IMG/VR virus record: IMGVR_UViG_2061766007_000422
Source: an uncultured virus (IMG/VR IMGVR_UViG_2061766007_000422)
Taxonomy: Duplodnaviria; Heunggongvirae; Uroviricota; Caudoviricetes
Length of the DNA: 38,019 nucleotides
Direction: 5' to 3' (one strand)
Of the stretch, positions 14,419 through 25,238 are shown one piece after another. The first letter of the stretch is position 1. Each line of letters starts with the position of its first letter. Position numbers and translations under genes: made by a program. The notes under the pieces are model-generated. The model was not told the DNA's origin. It worked only from the letters and a program-made list of their open reading frames with translations, and made no database searches.

Positions 14419-15024
14419 ACCGCCTGTCGTCCATTTTCTATATCCTGGCTTACCCTTAGTACCAGTACCAAAGTTAACTACTATATAGCCGCCTGCGAGT
14501 AAACATTCACGGGCAACATCCACAGAAGTTGTTACTTGATATTTCTTGGCTTTATAGTATGATGCGCATTTTTTGAAAAAATTACGCGAAGTGCCACCCT
14601 CATAACTACGATAGCCCCACGCTACGGCTTTTTGCGCTAGTGTGTAGGGTGTTTCTTTACTATTCCACCAACGAGCCACGATATCTGCCATTGAGGTTGG
14701 ACCGCAACCACTGTTTTTCATGGTTTGCTTGGGGTCTTTATGAGATGAATACATCTTACTACCCCAACGAGAGTCATACTGCTTGAAATTTACAGGCTGG
14801 ACAAATTTGGGCAATTTGATTAGTCCTAAAGCAATTAGGGTTTTTTCATTAGCAATACCGTTAGCAGTAAGACCTTTTGCTTTTTGGAAAGCTTTAACCC
14901 ATTTTTCTGTATTAGGGCCAAATTTACCATCTGGCGCGCCGCAATCAAAGCCGTGCTTGACTAGCGCGGCTTGTAATTGCTTAACGTCGGTGCCTTTATC
15001 CCCTCTCTTTAGTGTTGTCCTCAT
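14419..15024 (-). CDS. endolysin exon 1: peptidoglycan-binding domain + C39-like peptidase N-part
   Basis: LKRGDKG.DVKQLQ..L...DGKFGP.T...VKAFQ...GL..NG; Q.D.RW...SGCGPTS; AGGAGG RBS. Confidence 0.9.
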
Positions 15025-15133
15025 TGGATTTTTCCTCCTTTTCGCCAAAGTAGTAAACTTCTTCTTCTACTTCTTCATATGTGTCTTTTTCGGGCTCTTC
15101 GCGCCTTTTACGAAAAAAATCTAGGATTTTCAT
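14996..15133 (-). CDS. 45-aa charged protein upstream of endolysin (not in ORF track)
   Basis: MKILDFFRKRREEPEKDTYEEVEEEVYYFG...; AGGAGG RBS. Confidence 0.6.
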   Translation of the reverse strand: MKILDFFRKRREEPEKDTYEEVEEEVYYFGEKEEKSNEDNTKERG

Positions 15134-15146
15134 AATGTTTCCTCCT

Positions 15147-16166
15147 TTAATTTCCAACAATGGTTAATGGAACTTTTACAAGCTTTGGCGTATATACAAT
15201 AGATTCGTCTGTTTCTGTAGCAAGAGTAATAATATGATAACCATATATTTCATTATCATCTGTAGTAACTGTAAATAATGAAGTCGCTCTTGCCCCATTT
15301 CCTATTATATCATTCCTAGTATATGGAGACTGTATATTTATCATTTCATCAAATTTTACAACAGCATCCCAACCCAAAAAATTATTTAAAATGTTTATTC
15401 TTAAATATACATTATCTTCATTTTTATGCGCGTTAAAATCAAAAGGAGAATTAATCGTTTCTTCTTTAATTTGTACTTCTCCAGTTGATAAATTTACGTA
15501 AGCATTAGCATAAGTTTTATCTCTAAGAGAAAATTCTACATCAATATAGTCTGGTGTACCCCAACTAATATTTACAAATTGCTGTGGAGCTTTAGGGGTT
15601 AAATAATTTTTATATATTACTACTTTTGGAGCCTTAAAATAAGCTAAAAAGCCATCATCATAAATAATGGGGTTCAAAATAATATCTCCCCAATCTTTCT
15701 CCGTAAATCGTACAACAACTAATTGTCCATTTTTATAAGCACTTTCCGCTTGTGCAAAAGTTTTATCGGGAATATAATGCTGCGTATTTTCATCATATGA
15801 AGCTTTTATTAAAAATATACTACTATTATTATCATTTGTAGTATTTTCCCATTTTTCACTGCTGTCATTATATTTTATAATCTGTCCATTAATTGGATTG
15901 CTAATATTTATATCACTTAAGTCTTCTAATGAACTCGCGCCACCGCTTCCACCGCCACCACTAGTACTCGTAGTCATTATAAGCCATTTTTTATTACTAT
16001 TAGCCATATAGAACTCCATACCGCCATCGCCTTCAAGAACGACCGCAACAGACCCAAGAGTAATAAATTTAGGGTCAATATTTTGTAAATCAGCCGTAGT
16101 ATCACATATATGCTCATATGTTACAATATTGTCTTGTATACCACGTTTTGTCATTTTGCTTGCCAT
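15147..16166 (-). CDS. putative virion appendage protein, paralog of 16187-16780
   Basis: Shared ~63-aa N-terminal domain, Gly-rich hinge, L.DLSD..I..P..GQ...Y.....W.N fibre repeat. Confidence 0.65.
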   Translation of the reverse strand: MASKMTKRGIQDNIVTYEHICDTTADLQNIDPKFITLGSVAVVLEGDGGMEFYMANSNKKWLIMTTSTSGGGGSGGASSLEDLSDINISNPINGQIIKYNDSSEKWENTTNDNNSSIFLIKASYDENTQHYIPDKTFAQAESAYKNGQLVVVRFTEKDWGDIILNPIIYDDGFLAYFKAPKVVIYKNYLTPKAPQQFVNISWGTPDYIDVEFSLRDKTYANAYVNLSTGEVQIKEETINSPFDFNAHKNEDNVYLRINILNNFLGWDAVVKFDEMINIQSPYTRNDIIGNGARATSLFTVTTDDNEIYGYHIITLATETDESIVYTPKLVKVPLTIVGN

Positions 16167-16186
16167 TGTTTATTACCTCCAACAGC

Positions 16187-16780
16187 CTAATCACTATATA
16201 CTACTAATACTAATTTACCATCAGATATTCGAAAGCTCGTGAAATCTCCTGCGGAGGAATGACCTTCAGAATATCCATCATTAGTTGCGAGGCCATAGTC
16301 ATAGTTCGCTCCAAGCGATAAAAATTCATATCCCTCTAAATCTGAAAAGCCACCTACTGCAAGATATTGGTCATATATACCATGGCCTGCTATACCTGGT
16401 AAATGGAAAACGACATGTTTCCCCTGTTTAAGATTCGCAAAAATATCCGTGGCATCTTCAATGCTCTTAAAAGCAGGTGCAGTATAAGTACTGCTATATT
16501 CTTGATAAGTAAATTCTATAGCTTCAAATTCATATACCATTTCTTCGTCATCTCCTGGTTCATCTCCACCGCCGTTTCCGCCGGTGGTAATTGTTATCCA
16601 TTCTTTATTGCTGTTTGCCATATAAAATTCTATTCCCTCTTGGCCTTGAAGTACTACAGCAATCGTACCCAAGTTAATGTAGCGAGGGTCTATGTTTTGT
16701 AAATCTTCTGTGGTGTCACAAATGTGTTCGTATGTTACGACATTATCTAATGAACCGCGTTTAGTCATTACATTTGCCAT
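16187..16780 (-). CDS. putative virion appendage protein
   Basis: N-terminus MA..MTKRG..DN.VTYEHICDTT.DLQNIDP shared with the next gene. Confidence 0.65.
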   Translation of the reverse strand: MANVMTKRGSLDNVVTYEHICDTTEDLQNIDPRYINLGTIAVVLQGQEGIEFYMANSNKEWITITTGGNGGGDEPGDDEEMVYEFEAIEFTYQEYSSTYTAPAFKSIEDATDIFANLKQGKHVVFHLPGIAGHGIYDQYLAVGGFSDLEGYEFLSLGANYDYGLATNDGYSEGHSSAGDFTSFRISDGKLVLVVYSD

Positions 16781-16792
16781 GTTACACCTCCT

Positions 16793-19675
16793 TTAATGTG
16801 CCCAGTAAGATAATTCAATATTACCATTCATATTTGAATATACGTTATTTTCACCTTTAAAGGTTTTAATTTGTTGGGGGGTCAATTGATATTCTATTGG
16901 AGTAACTAATTGACCGCATGTTTGTATAGGTGTGCCTGCATCTGCCTGCGCTTTTATATAATTATTTATTGTAGTATCAGAAATTTCTGTTAATCCCCAT
17001 TCATCTATCATGACATGAAGTTTTGAAATCATAATAAATGAATCTCGTAAGCCCAACATATTTGTATTATCATATTTATTTTTATGATGACTGCAAATAG
17101 ATACACGATCACCTTGCAGAAAAATAACTTTAGGATAATTTATTTTATTGCTTCTAACATAATCGCCGCCCCAATCATACCAAGTAGAATTATAAGGTAA
17201 TTCTTCAAAAATATGGGTCGCAACTAATTTCCCCTCAATTAAATCTATATAGCCACCATACATAATACCATAAGGCTCATATGTAGTTGCAGTTGCGCCT
17301 TCTTCAAGTTGAATATTTTTAAGATACATAATATTAGCATAACCACTACCAAATGTTCCTTTAATAGTTTGAATTGTTTTTCCCGCGGTAGTAGATAAGG
17401 TGTATTGAGAAGGAACGGTTCCACTTATTCTTAATCTATTATGAGTACCATCAGTGTAATAAACATCAAAATCTACACCACTTGATGCGCTATTAGTATA
17501 TCCATATATAGATAAAGTATATTGTGTATTTTCTTTATATATTGGTTGTTGTAAAAATCCATCACCAAATTTTAAATTAAAGTCACTCCAAGTACCTGTG
17601 TAATAACCATTATTATCAATTATAAAATTTGAAGCCTGTAATAATTGATTTTCATCAAATAAATTTTTTGTGGCCGGAAATTGTACGGTATATGTATTAC
17701 CGGTATAAGAATAATAGTTTGTATTTGTAGATGGATAGTTAATACTAATATCATTATTAAATGTTTCATTTTTTGTATCAATCCTTACAAAATAGCAATC
17801 TATTGGAGTTTTCCTTACTCGTCCTGGAGTGGGGCACGCTGGATAACCATTCGCGTCAGCGGTGCCAATATAACTTTTGTCTTTACGATAATAGCATATA
17901 TCAAGATTATAAGGTACAATATTTGGACATTTAAAATAATACTCTGTCAAGGGCTGCACTGGAACAAAATTGCTTGTAATCCATTGTGGATTAGATGTAT
18001 TTAGTTCGCCCGTAGCTGTATCAAGATATCCGCTATTCCATATATTATTACAGATATTTATTCCTGTGTTATTTATTATTCCTTTTAACCAACCTGTTAT
18101 CGGCCTTATATTACTTGGTGAAGGGACACCACTACCAGTTTGGGTAGGATTGAAATATACTTTACAATCTTTCAAAGGTGCCGTCATATCTGTTGTGAAA
18201 TTATGAATAAGTGCGGCCGTAGGTGTAATAATATGCGGCTCATTCGCTATAATAAATTCTCTACGATTGTAGAGCATATTTTGCGTTTCATGTAAGTCGT
18301 ATTCGACTTCAACATAATCGGCGTTTGACCAAACATGATTTTGGCCGAGAAAGGTTTGGAGTTGAGCGGGAATGAGGTGGTAGGTGATTGGCGTAATATA
18401 ATAGCAACATTGTAAGGGATGGGCTTGAAAATATTGCTGAACGGCCGTCGCATCATAAGATTTAGGGAAATAAAAATGAATCGCGTGAGTTGTGGTGTTT
18501 ACATAGAAAAACCAAGGTTGAGGGTCACTCATATCAACGGAAGTTGCTGCTATCATATAAGAAGCCATATCATCTTCATGATATCCCCTAGGTTCTATTG
18601 GTAATTGGGTTCTGGGAATACGAAATGTATTTGCCGATGTATAAGTTTCTCGTGCTTGAACAGTTTGAGTTCCATCAATATAAACACATCTTCTTTCTTC
18701 TTGCACTTCCCCCGTAATTAAATCTACCCAACCACCATCTACGGTATGTTTGGGGTTATAGGGTTCGTAGGTTGTCGCGGTATCACCTATTTCTACCATT
18801 GGGTCACTAAATATAACAGTTCCGGTATTTGAAAAAGTAGTTAATCCAAAACATAAATAATAAGTATTAGGTAATGTAGAACAATCAATAGTAATATAAG
18901 ATGTCCCACTTGTTCCAGCAGTGATTTTTGTACCACTTAAAACTACACCATCTACATAATTTTCATCATTTTTATCACGAAACCATATTGATGCTGTTGC
19001 GTCTGTTGTACCATTAGTATTATCAATAACTACCGAATAAGTATATTTAAGATTCCTATTAGGAATAAGCCAAGGTTGCGACCAACCATTATATCCATTA
19101 TATGTAGTATTAGTAATGGTCTTTGGAGCATCAAATTGCACTTTATTCTTCCCCAACACCCCAAATTCATAATCTATTATGTTGCCTTGGTAGGGTTCAA
19201 AAATAGTTGCTGATGAACTTAATTCAAGTTGAAAATTATATGATATTGACGAAATCCCTAAACAAATAATCCCAATTTCTTGAATTTTTTCAAGCGTAAA
19301 AGTAATAGATGGTGGGTATCCCGTTTTAACAAAGCCGCCTCCTTTTTTATAGACGCCAATCATGCTAATGGGAGCATCTGTTGAAAATGTATATGTACCT
19401 GGTTGAAGTACAATGTCACCATTTGTTTGTCCAGTTGCATTTCCGCCAAATCCAATTACAGAATTTCCATAAGTATATTTTGTTTTATCTAGTAAATTTT
19501 TTTGACAAATTTTAGTATTTACCCCATCCCATCCACTAATCGCTCTTACATTTTCTGGACTAGGGTCGCCGCTACCTTCCTGCTTTGGACTAAAATGCAC
19601 TTTTAAACTTCTTATTTCCGCATTAGTTGGACAATGGAATGATGCCATAGGCCCACTATATTTTACAGTGCCCAT
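16793..19675 (-). CDS. large beta-rich tail/receptor-binding protein with internal duplication
   Basis: Two copies of P.Q.GSG.PSP.N.R.I.GW and of GG..DL..G...T..G.N.V.SN; repeated KN(L/K)...(Q)LE.G..AT.YEPY inserts. Confidence 0.7.
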   Translation of the reverse strand: MGTVKYSGPMASFHCPTNAEIRSLKVHFSPKQEGSGDPSPENVRAISGWDGVNTKICQKNLLDKTKYTYGNSVIGFGGNATGQTNGDIVLQPGTYTFSTDAPISMIGVYKKGGGFVKTGYPPSITFTLEKIQEIGIICLGISSISYNFQLELSSSATIFEPYQGNIIDYEFGVLGKNKVQFDAPKTITNTTYNGYNGWSQPWLIPNRNLKYTYSVVIDNTNGTTDATASIWFRDKNDENYVDGVVLSGTKITAGTSGTSYITIDCSTLPNTYYLCFGLTTFSNTGTVIFSDPMVEIGDTATTYEPYNPKHTVDGGWVDLITGEVQEERRCVYIDGTQTVQARETYTSANTFRIPRTQLPIEPRGYHEDDMASYMIAATSVDMSDPQPWFFYVNTTTHAIHFYFPKSYDATAVQQYFQAHPLQCCYYITPITYHLIPAQLQTFLGQNHVWSNADYVEVEYDLHETQNMLYNRREFIIANEPHIITPTAALIHNFTTDMTAPLKDCKVYFNPTQTGSGVPSPSNIRPITGWLKGIINNTGINICNNIWNSGYLDTATGELNTSNPQWITSNFVPVQPLTEYYFKCPNIVPYNLDICYYRKDKSYIGTADANGYPACPTPGRVRKTPIDCYFVRIDTKNETFNNDISINYPSTNTNYYSYTGNTYTVQFPATKNLFDENQLLQASNFIIDNNGYYTGTWSDFNLKFGDGFLQQPIYKENTQYTLSIYGYTNSASSGVDFDVYYTDGTHNRLRISGTVPSQYTLSTTAGKTIQTIKGTFGSGYANIMYLKNIQLEEGATATTYEPYGIMYGGYIDLIEGKLVATHIFEELPYNSTWYDWGGDYVRSNKINYPKVIFLQGDRVSICSHHKNKYDNTNMLGLRDSFIMISKLHVMIDEWGLTEISDTTINNYIKAQADAGTPIQTCGQLVTPIEYQLTPQQIKTFKGENNVYSNMNGNIELSYWAH

Positions 19676-21717
19676 GACATCACCACCCCATAAACTCCAT
19701 CAGTGATACAAATTTCATATACTGTATTAGCCTCTAAATCAGTAGAATCAAACCAAGCTGGCCACGCTACTCCGGTAGCAGTAAGTACTGTGGGCGTTGA
19801 ACCACTCGTGAAGCGTATAATACAAATTCCGCTCGCTGGCGGCGTGACGTCCAATGTGAGCACTTCGCCGCAAATATAGCGCGTGTTTTCTAATGCAATA
19901 ATTGTAGGGACCGTACCAGTTACTTCTATTACGGCGGTTGAACCATCTACAACACCAAGCATAGATTTAATAGAGGCCTTCGCGCTATCGGTATACGCGC
20001 CAACCGCATTACTTGATGCGGATTGAGTTGTATCACCTGCTGCTTTTGCTAGGCCATAAAAAACAGCTTCATGCTGGCGGGAAACACTAATTGGTTTCAT
20101 TGCTGAGCTGCCATCTTTAATATCATTAGCATTACCAAGATTTAATAATAAATAGGTTTTGCCATCTCCCGGACTAGTCCATTGTGTTAATGCGCTGTAA
20201 GTTGAATTTACTAAAACAACGCCTGGAGTTGAACCTGTGGCATAAGGTATATTTGCAACTCCATTACTTACAACGCTTGTCCCATTAACTTGCACATCTG
20301 TGACAACTTCGTTAATTGTTGCTAATTTAGTGCCATTAGTAGAATCAGCATCACAATTAACAAAAATATCACCACCAAAATATCCATTTCCTACTAAATC
20401 TATTTTTAATGCATTAGAGCGATTAGAATTATTAAGGCCATTACCAATAACAAATAAGGTATCGCCATCTGATATAGCGAGACTCCAATATGTTTTTCCA
20501 GATGAATCTAAATCATTTAGTATATCAGAATCGTTAGCACTAATATGGGTTGTCTTACACATCAATACACGGCCTTCTATTATTCCCGCTGTGGCTATTA
20601 CCATATCGCCTCTTTTATACAATGTATTTGGTGCATAAGCAGGCCAATTGGTATTAACCGCGGCATTAAATTGTCCTATTGCTAGCATACGCTCTGCGTT
20701 TACAATAGTAGAATACCCTAATCCTATACTTCCTGAACCAGTAACTGAAATATTACTACCAAAAGCAAATCCTTTAGAACCAGTTATATTATTAAAGATG
20801 CCAAAAGCCGTAGAATATTTTCCTGAAATAATATTAGAATTACCAAATGCATTACTAAATTCATCACTAATTATGTTACCATATCCAAATGCCATGGTGC
20901 CTCGTGTATTACTTAATTCATTTACACCAATAGAATATCCATTATACGTTCCGCCATTATTATTTTTTAATATTGGCACATAATCATCTTTATAAATTAA
21001 AGATGGTGGTAACATTTTTTGCGTTGGAGTAATTTGTTCTACTTTAAATGTATATGAACCTGCAGTGCTAGTGAGTACATCAATAGAACTGCTATTATTT
21101 AAGTCAGAAATAATAACAAATGGCACATTGTCTGTACCACCTGGCACACCACTAGTACTAGAAATATATAATCCAATATTACCTAAATATTCATAAACTT
21201 TTACACTACTAGCGCTATTACTAAACCATAATCTAGTTGGTAATATATATTCTGTATCATTAAAAGTAACTCTATGTAAATAATGTTTACTTATTCTCCC
21301 CGTTACGCTCGCACGCGCATATGGACTATTGTAACCTGAAGTAGTCGCTGTGGTGACACCAAATTCGCCACCAAATAATTCAGTATATGTTCGCGCGCTA
21401 ATGCCTGCGTCATCAAGTGCAACTTTATCTACTTTTAAATATCCATCTGACGCACTTAACTCAACATATTCATCCTCATTAGCATCCCATCTGTATATTA
21501 AATTACTATCAACCGCCACATATAGTCTGCCTTCTTCACCTGTAGAAGGAAAGGCGCTTTGCGCGGAATATTCATCTAAAATAGGGTCTCCCGGAGTTAC
21601 ATATAAATCATTTTCATTATATACAATTGTGCGACCATTTTTAGTGATGGTGCCATTGTCTATTAAAGTTTGATAATCGGCATTTGTTAAATATATTACA
21701 CGATTTAAATTGCCCAT
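19663..21717 (-). CDS. tail fibre-like protein with YadA-head-like repeats
   Basis: AFG..N...G repeats, IGNG...RSNA neck; start ATG 21717 after GGAGG. Confidence 0.7.
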   Translation of the reverse strand: MGNLNRVIYLTNADYQTLIDNGTITKNGRTIVYNENDLYVTPGDPILDEYSAQSAFPSTGEEGRLYVAVDSNLIYRWDANEDEYVELSASDGYLKVDKVALDDAGISARTYTELFGGEFGVTTATTSGYNSPYARASVTGRISKHYLHRVTFNDTEYILPTRLWFSNSASSVKVYEYLGNIGLYISSTSGVPGGTDNVPFVIISDLNNSSSIDVLTSTAGSYTFKVEQITPTQKMLPPSLIYKDDYVPILKNNNGGTYNGYSIGVNELSNTRGTMAFGYGNIISDEFSNAFGNSNIISGKYSTAFGIFNNITGSKGFAFGSNISVTGSGSIGLGYSTIVNAERMLAIGQFNAAVNTNWPAYAPNTLYKRGDMVIATAGIIEGRVLMCKTTHISANDSDILNDLDSSGKTYWSLAISDGDTLFVIGNGLNNSNRSNALKIDLVGNGYFGGDIFVNCDADSTNGTKLATINEVVTDVQVNGTSVVSNGVANIPYATGSTPGVVLVNSTYSALTQWTSPGDGKTYLLLNLGNANDIKDGSSAMKPISVSRQHEAVFYGLAKAAGDTTQSASSNAVGAYTDSAKASIKSMLGVVDGSTAVIEVTGTVPTIIALENTRYICGEVLTLDVTPPASGICIIRFTSGSTPTVLTATGVAWPAWFDSTDLEANTVYEICITDGVYGVVMSWAL

Positions 21718-21730
21718 TCGCGGCACCTCC

Positions 21731-24097
21731 TTATGTAGTAATGGTCCAACCTTTATTGGTTGCAATTGCGCGCTCGGCAGATGTGAGTTGATTTAAGGCA
21801 TTAGAATATATTGTAATTGTACGAGAAGTGGTTACGGTAGGAAGATTAGTAAAAATGTTTATTAAAGATTCATAAGTAAGAGAAAAACAGGAAGAATAGG
21901 TGTGATTTATTGCTATTGGGATAGTACCATTATAGGCTGCTAATGAAACACAATAATAAAACAAATTAGTTACGTTAGATAATTTAGGTAATAGCCAATT
22001 TGTAATTGTTAATTTTTTTAAATTAAAACAATCATAAAACATACCTTGAATAGTAGTACAGGAAGCTAAATTCCAATTATTTATTGTGATTTCCTCTAAA
22101 GCGTAACAATCTCTAAACATATATCCAAGTGTAGTAACTTTAGAAACATTCCAATTATTTAAATTTGGTAATGAATTTAATGAATAACAATAACAGAACA
22201 TGGCCTCTAAAGTAGTTACTTTACTTGTATTCCAATTACTAATATCTCCTACGGTTGTTAATGAAATACAGTTCGAAAATATATTACCCAAATTAGTAAC
22301 ATTATTAGTGTTCCAATTAGATAAATCTAGACTAGTTAAAGAGCGGCAATTATAAAACATATAACTCATAGTTGTCGCGGCGGAAGTATCCCAATTGCTT
22401 ACGTCTAAAGCTTTTAATGAGATACAACCATTAAACATACTATTAAAATTAGTAATTTTACTAACATTCCACCCACTTATATCTAATGTTTCTAATGAAT
22501 AACATTCACTAAATAAGCTACTTGCCGTAAGATATTGAGAACCATTTAAATTCCAATTAGAAATACCTGTAATTCTTTTTAGAGAAAAGCATCTAGTAAA
22601 TAAATTATTTATCGCGCTAGCGCTATTAATTCCACTTAAATCCCAATCATTTGGAATATCTAAATATTGTAGAGAGCAGCACATATAAAAACAATTATAA
22701 ATTGTAGTGCATGTATTAGTCACGTGCCAACCACTAATGTCTATAAATGGTAAACTTATACACCCTGAAAAAACCGCATATAATTCAGTAGTAGAGTTAA
22801 TTTGCCACCCTGTTATATTCAATTGTTTTAAACTATAGCAATTATAAAATAAACTACTAACATTTGTTACATTACTTACATCCCAAGTATGTAAATCTAA
22901 TTTTTCTAAATTATAACAATTTGTGAAAATATTGTTTATTCTAGTTACTTTATTGGTTATATTCCAAGAAGATATAAAATCTATATTTTGTAAACTATTA
23001 CAACCAGAAAATACACTATTTAAATTAGTAATATTAGAAGTGTCCCAATTAGATAAATCTGGTAATTCTTGTAAATTACTACAATTAGAAAATAAGGCAG
23101 ACAAAGTAGTACAATTACTAATATCAAAAGTTTCAATTCCATAAATATGTTTAAGACTAAAGCAATAATTAAACATTTCACTTATTTGATTTGGTATTAA
23201 ATTCCAACCTGTTAAATTGATTTCAGTAACTAAATAACAAAAACAAAACATACGATTTACATTTTTTACCTTAGTAACATTAAAATGTCGTAAATCTAAA
23301 GCTTGGTTTAAATTTGAGCACCAATTAAACATATATCTCATGTCAGTAACATTCTGTGTTTTTAAGCCGCTAATATCAATTTCTTTTAAGCTATAACAAT
23401 TGTGATAAGCATATCCTAAATAAGTTAACGCTGCACCATCACCATTATTTATTTTTTCTCTTTGTAGGTAATAAGAACCCCATTCTCCATTAGCACTACC
23501 TGATAAGTCAATAGCATGTGGTACGTAAGCTACTCTTTCTAAAACAGGTTGTTGCTGTATAGCTTGAGTTCGGCCATCCCGAGTAATTTCTCTAAAATGA
23601 CACATAGTAATATTCCCTGTTACTCTAATAATAGGATAGCCGCCTAATCCATCTAATGACTTTGTATAAATATTATTCGTGCCACTAATAGTCTCATCAA
23701 TTACATATGCACCAGAACTAATATGACCCATCGTAACTTCAATATTACTTCCTGTAATATACAAATTTACTGCACCATAAGTTCTAGTAGCATCATAAGT
23801 CATATAAATGAAATCTGTATCGCCTTCCATTTGTAAATTTAAACTATCTAAATCAGGCCAACCTTGCGGGCGCACCCACGGCGCAGGATTTTCATTTATA
23901 TGCAACTTAACTCTTGCACTAACCATATACTTTTGTTTTAATTCTTCAATCATTTCTGGAATAGAGTTAGTATCAAACTGTCCAGTCCTATAATTAACTG
24001 CATCATTGAATTCTTCCATCTGCTCGGGAGTAATCTCATTATATCTATCTCTATGAAACGATGCGCCTACTTTTGTATCTCCTAAATAAATGCTCAT
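21731..24097 (-). CDS. BspA/DUF285-like leucine-rich-repeat protein
   Basis: Many W.(T/V)S.VT....MF..C.SL..LD.S repeats; ends IATNKGWTI. Confidence 0.88.
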   Translation of the reverse strand: MSIYLGDTKVGASFHRDRYNEITPEQMEEFNDAVNYRTGQFDTNSIPEMIEELKQKYMVSARVKLHINENPAPWVRPQGWPDLDSLNLQMEGDTDFIYMTYDATRTYGAVNLYITGSNIEVTMGHISSGAYVIDETISGTNNIYTKSLDGLGGYPIIRVTGNITMCHFREITRDGRTQAIQQQPVLERVAYVPHAIDLSGSANGEWGSYYLQREKINNGDGAALTYLGYAYHNCYSLKEIDISGLKTQNVTDMRYMFNWCSNLNQALDLRHFNVTKVKNVNRMFCFCYLVTEINLTGWNLIPNQISEMFNYCFSLKHIYGIETFDISNCTTLSALFSNCSNLQELPDLSNWDTSNITNLNSVFSGCNSLQNIDFISSWNITNKVTRINNIFTNCYNLEKLDLHTWDVSNVTNVSSLFYNCYSLKQLNITGWQINSTTELYAVFSGCISLPFIDISGWHVTNTCTTIYNCFYMCCSLQYLDIPNDWDLSGINSASAINNLFTRCFSLKRITGISNWNLNGSQYLTASSLFSECYSLETLDISGWNVSKITNFNSMFNGCISLKALDVSNWDTSAATTMSYMFYNCRSLTSLDLSNWNTNNVTNLGNIFSNCISLTTVGDISNWNTSKVTTLEAMFCYCYSLNSLPNLNNWNVSKVTTLGYMFRDCYALEEITINNWNLASCTTIQGMFYDCFNLKKLTITNWLLPKLSNVTNLFYYCVSLAAYNGTIPIAINHTYSSCFSLTYESLINIFTNLPTVTTSRTITIYSNALNQLTSAERAIATNKGWTITT

Positions 24098-24441
24098 AGA
24101 CGCACCACCTCAACTTTTGTAAAATGATTTATATTCCAATATGTTCCGTCCCAAGTAAAAGCAACCGTTTCCCCTTCGTCCCATATGTAAATATTATCAT
24201 TTATCAATTTAATAGGAGCGGCCGCCAAACTATTGATTTTCAATGTTGGTGAAGCTGCGAAATTGGCTTCTAAAAATGTAATATGAATTGTTACGCCTGT
24301 AACTAAATCAAAATTACTAATCGTAATTTCTTTTTGCGCCACGTCTCCATCAGTAGAGCAAATCGCCCATATGTTTGCTAATTTATCTTTTAAATCATAA
24401 GCACTATTATTTGGTAGAGTGATTTTACTTATATAACTCAT
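24094..24441 (-). CDS. tail-fibre-related protein
   Basis: ISKITLP....YD.KD N-terminus shared with 24457-25225; N....PTL.IN...A.PI...F.WDGT.W motif. Confidence 0.65.
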   Translation of the reverse strand: MSYISKITLPNNSAYDLKDKLANIWAICSTDGDVAQKEITISNFDLVTGVTIHITFLEANFAASPTLKINSLAAAPIKLINDNIYIWDEGETVAFTWDGTYWNINHFTKVEVVRL

Positions 24442-24456
24442 AAGTCATCACCCCAT

Positions 24457-25225
24457 TTAAGAAACGGTAATAGTTGCTGCGTCTCCGCTAAAGCTCGCGC
24501 TTAAAGTCGCGGGAACTGGTATATTATCAGTTACCAGTCTAACTCCAGTGCCCGTAAAAGCAGGCGTGCTTGCCTCATAAGTAGCATCCCCAGTTTTTAC
24601 AGTAACATCACTTGTAGTAATTGAATCACCTGTGGTGTATCCAATTTGATAAAGTGATAAAGTTTCGCCGCTAACGCTATAATATGTAATTGCGTTGTCT
24701 GGTGCGGTCGCGCCTGGGGCGGCCGCCGCGACGGTTTTNNNNNNNNNNNNNNNNTTTTATTGTAGTAGTTGCGCCTGCCCCGTTACTTGCAAGACTAATG
24801 GTTGGTGCTGTTACACTACCTGCGGGAGTATAAGTGGTATCGCCGCTACCTGCTGCGCTAACTGTCGCAGTCTTATTTTCTGTAGTTGCTACTGAAGCGC
24901 TAACACTACCGCTAGGAGTATAAGAACCTGAAGCACTATCTTTATATGCTAATGCTTTAAATGCAGTATTATCGCCCAATTCGTGCCATTTATTATCCGC
25001 GGTAGAATATAAAAATTCTTTTGTTTCGTATATTACAAAATCGCCATTTGCAGCAGTTAATGTAACATTATTAACTACATATGAAGTGGTTGTGGCGCCA
25101 TCAGTTAAAGCAGTTGTTGTAACGCCTCTAAATTGTAAGCCGCCACCCGCGATTTGCCTTGCAACTGCGTCTTTTATATCATATGTAGTGCCGGATGGCA
25201 AAGTAATTTTACTTATATCTGGCAT
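24457..25225 (-). CDS. Thr/Ser/Ala-rich fibre protein spanning an N gap
   Basis: YTP.GSV repeats; after the gap another frame reads KTVAAAAPGATAP...FSGDAATITVS* to 24457. Confidence 0.7.
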
Positions 25226-25238
25226 TTAAAACACCTCT

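Noticed and set aside
14996..15133. Holin upstream of the endolysin
   Set aside because: The 45-aa product is highly charged with no transmembrane segment
24677..24754. Frameshift or early stop in the 182-aa ORF
   Set aside because: Artefact of the estimated gap length; the protein continues in another frame to 24457
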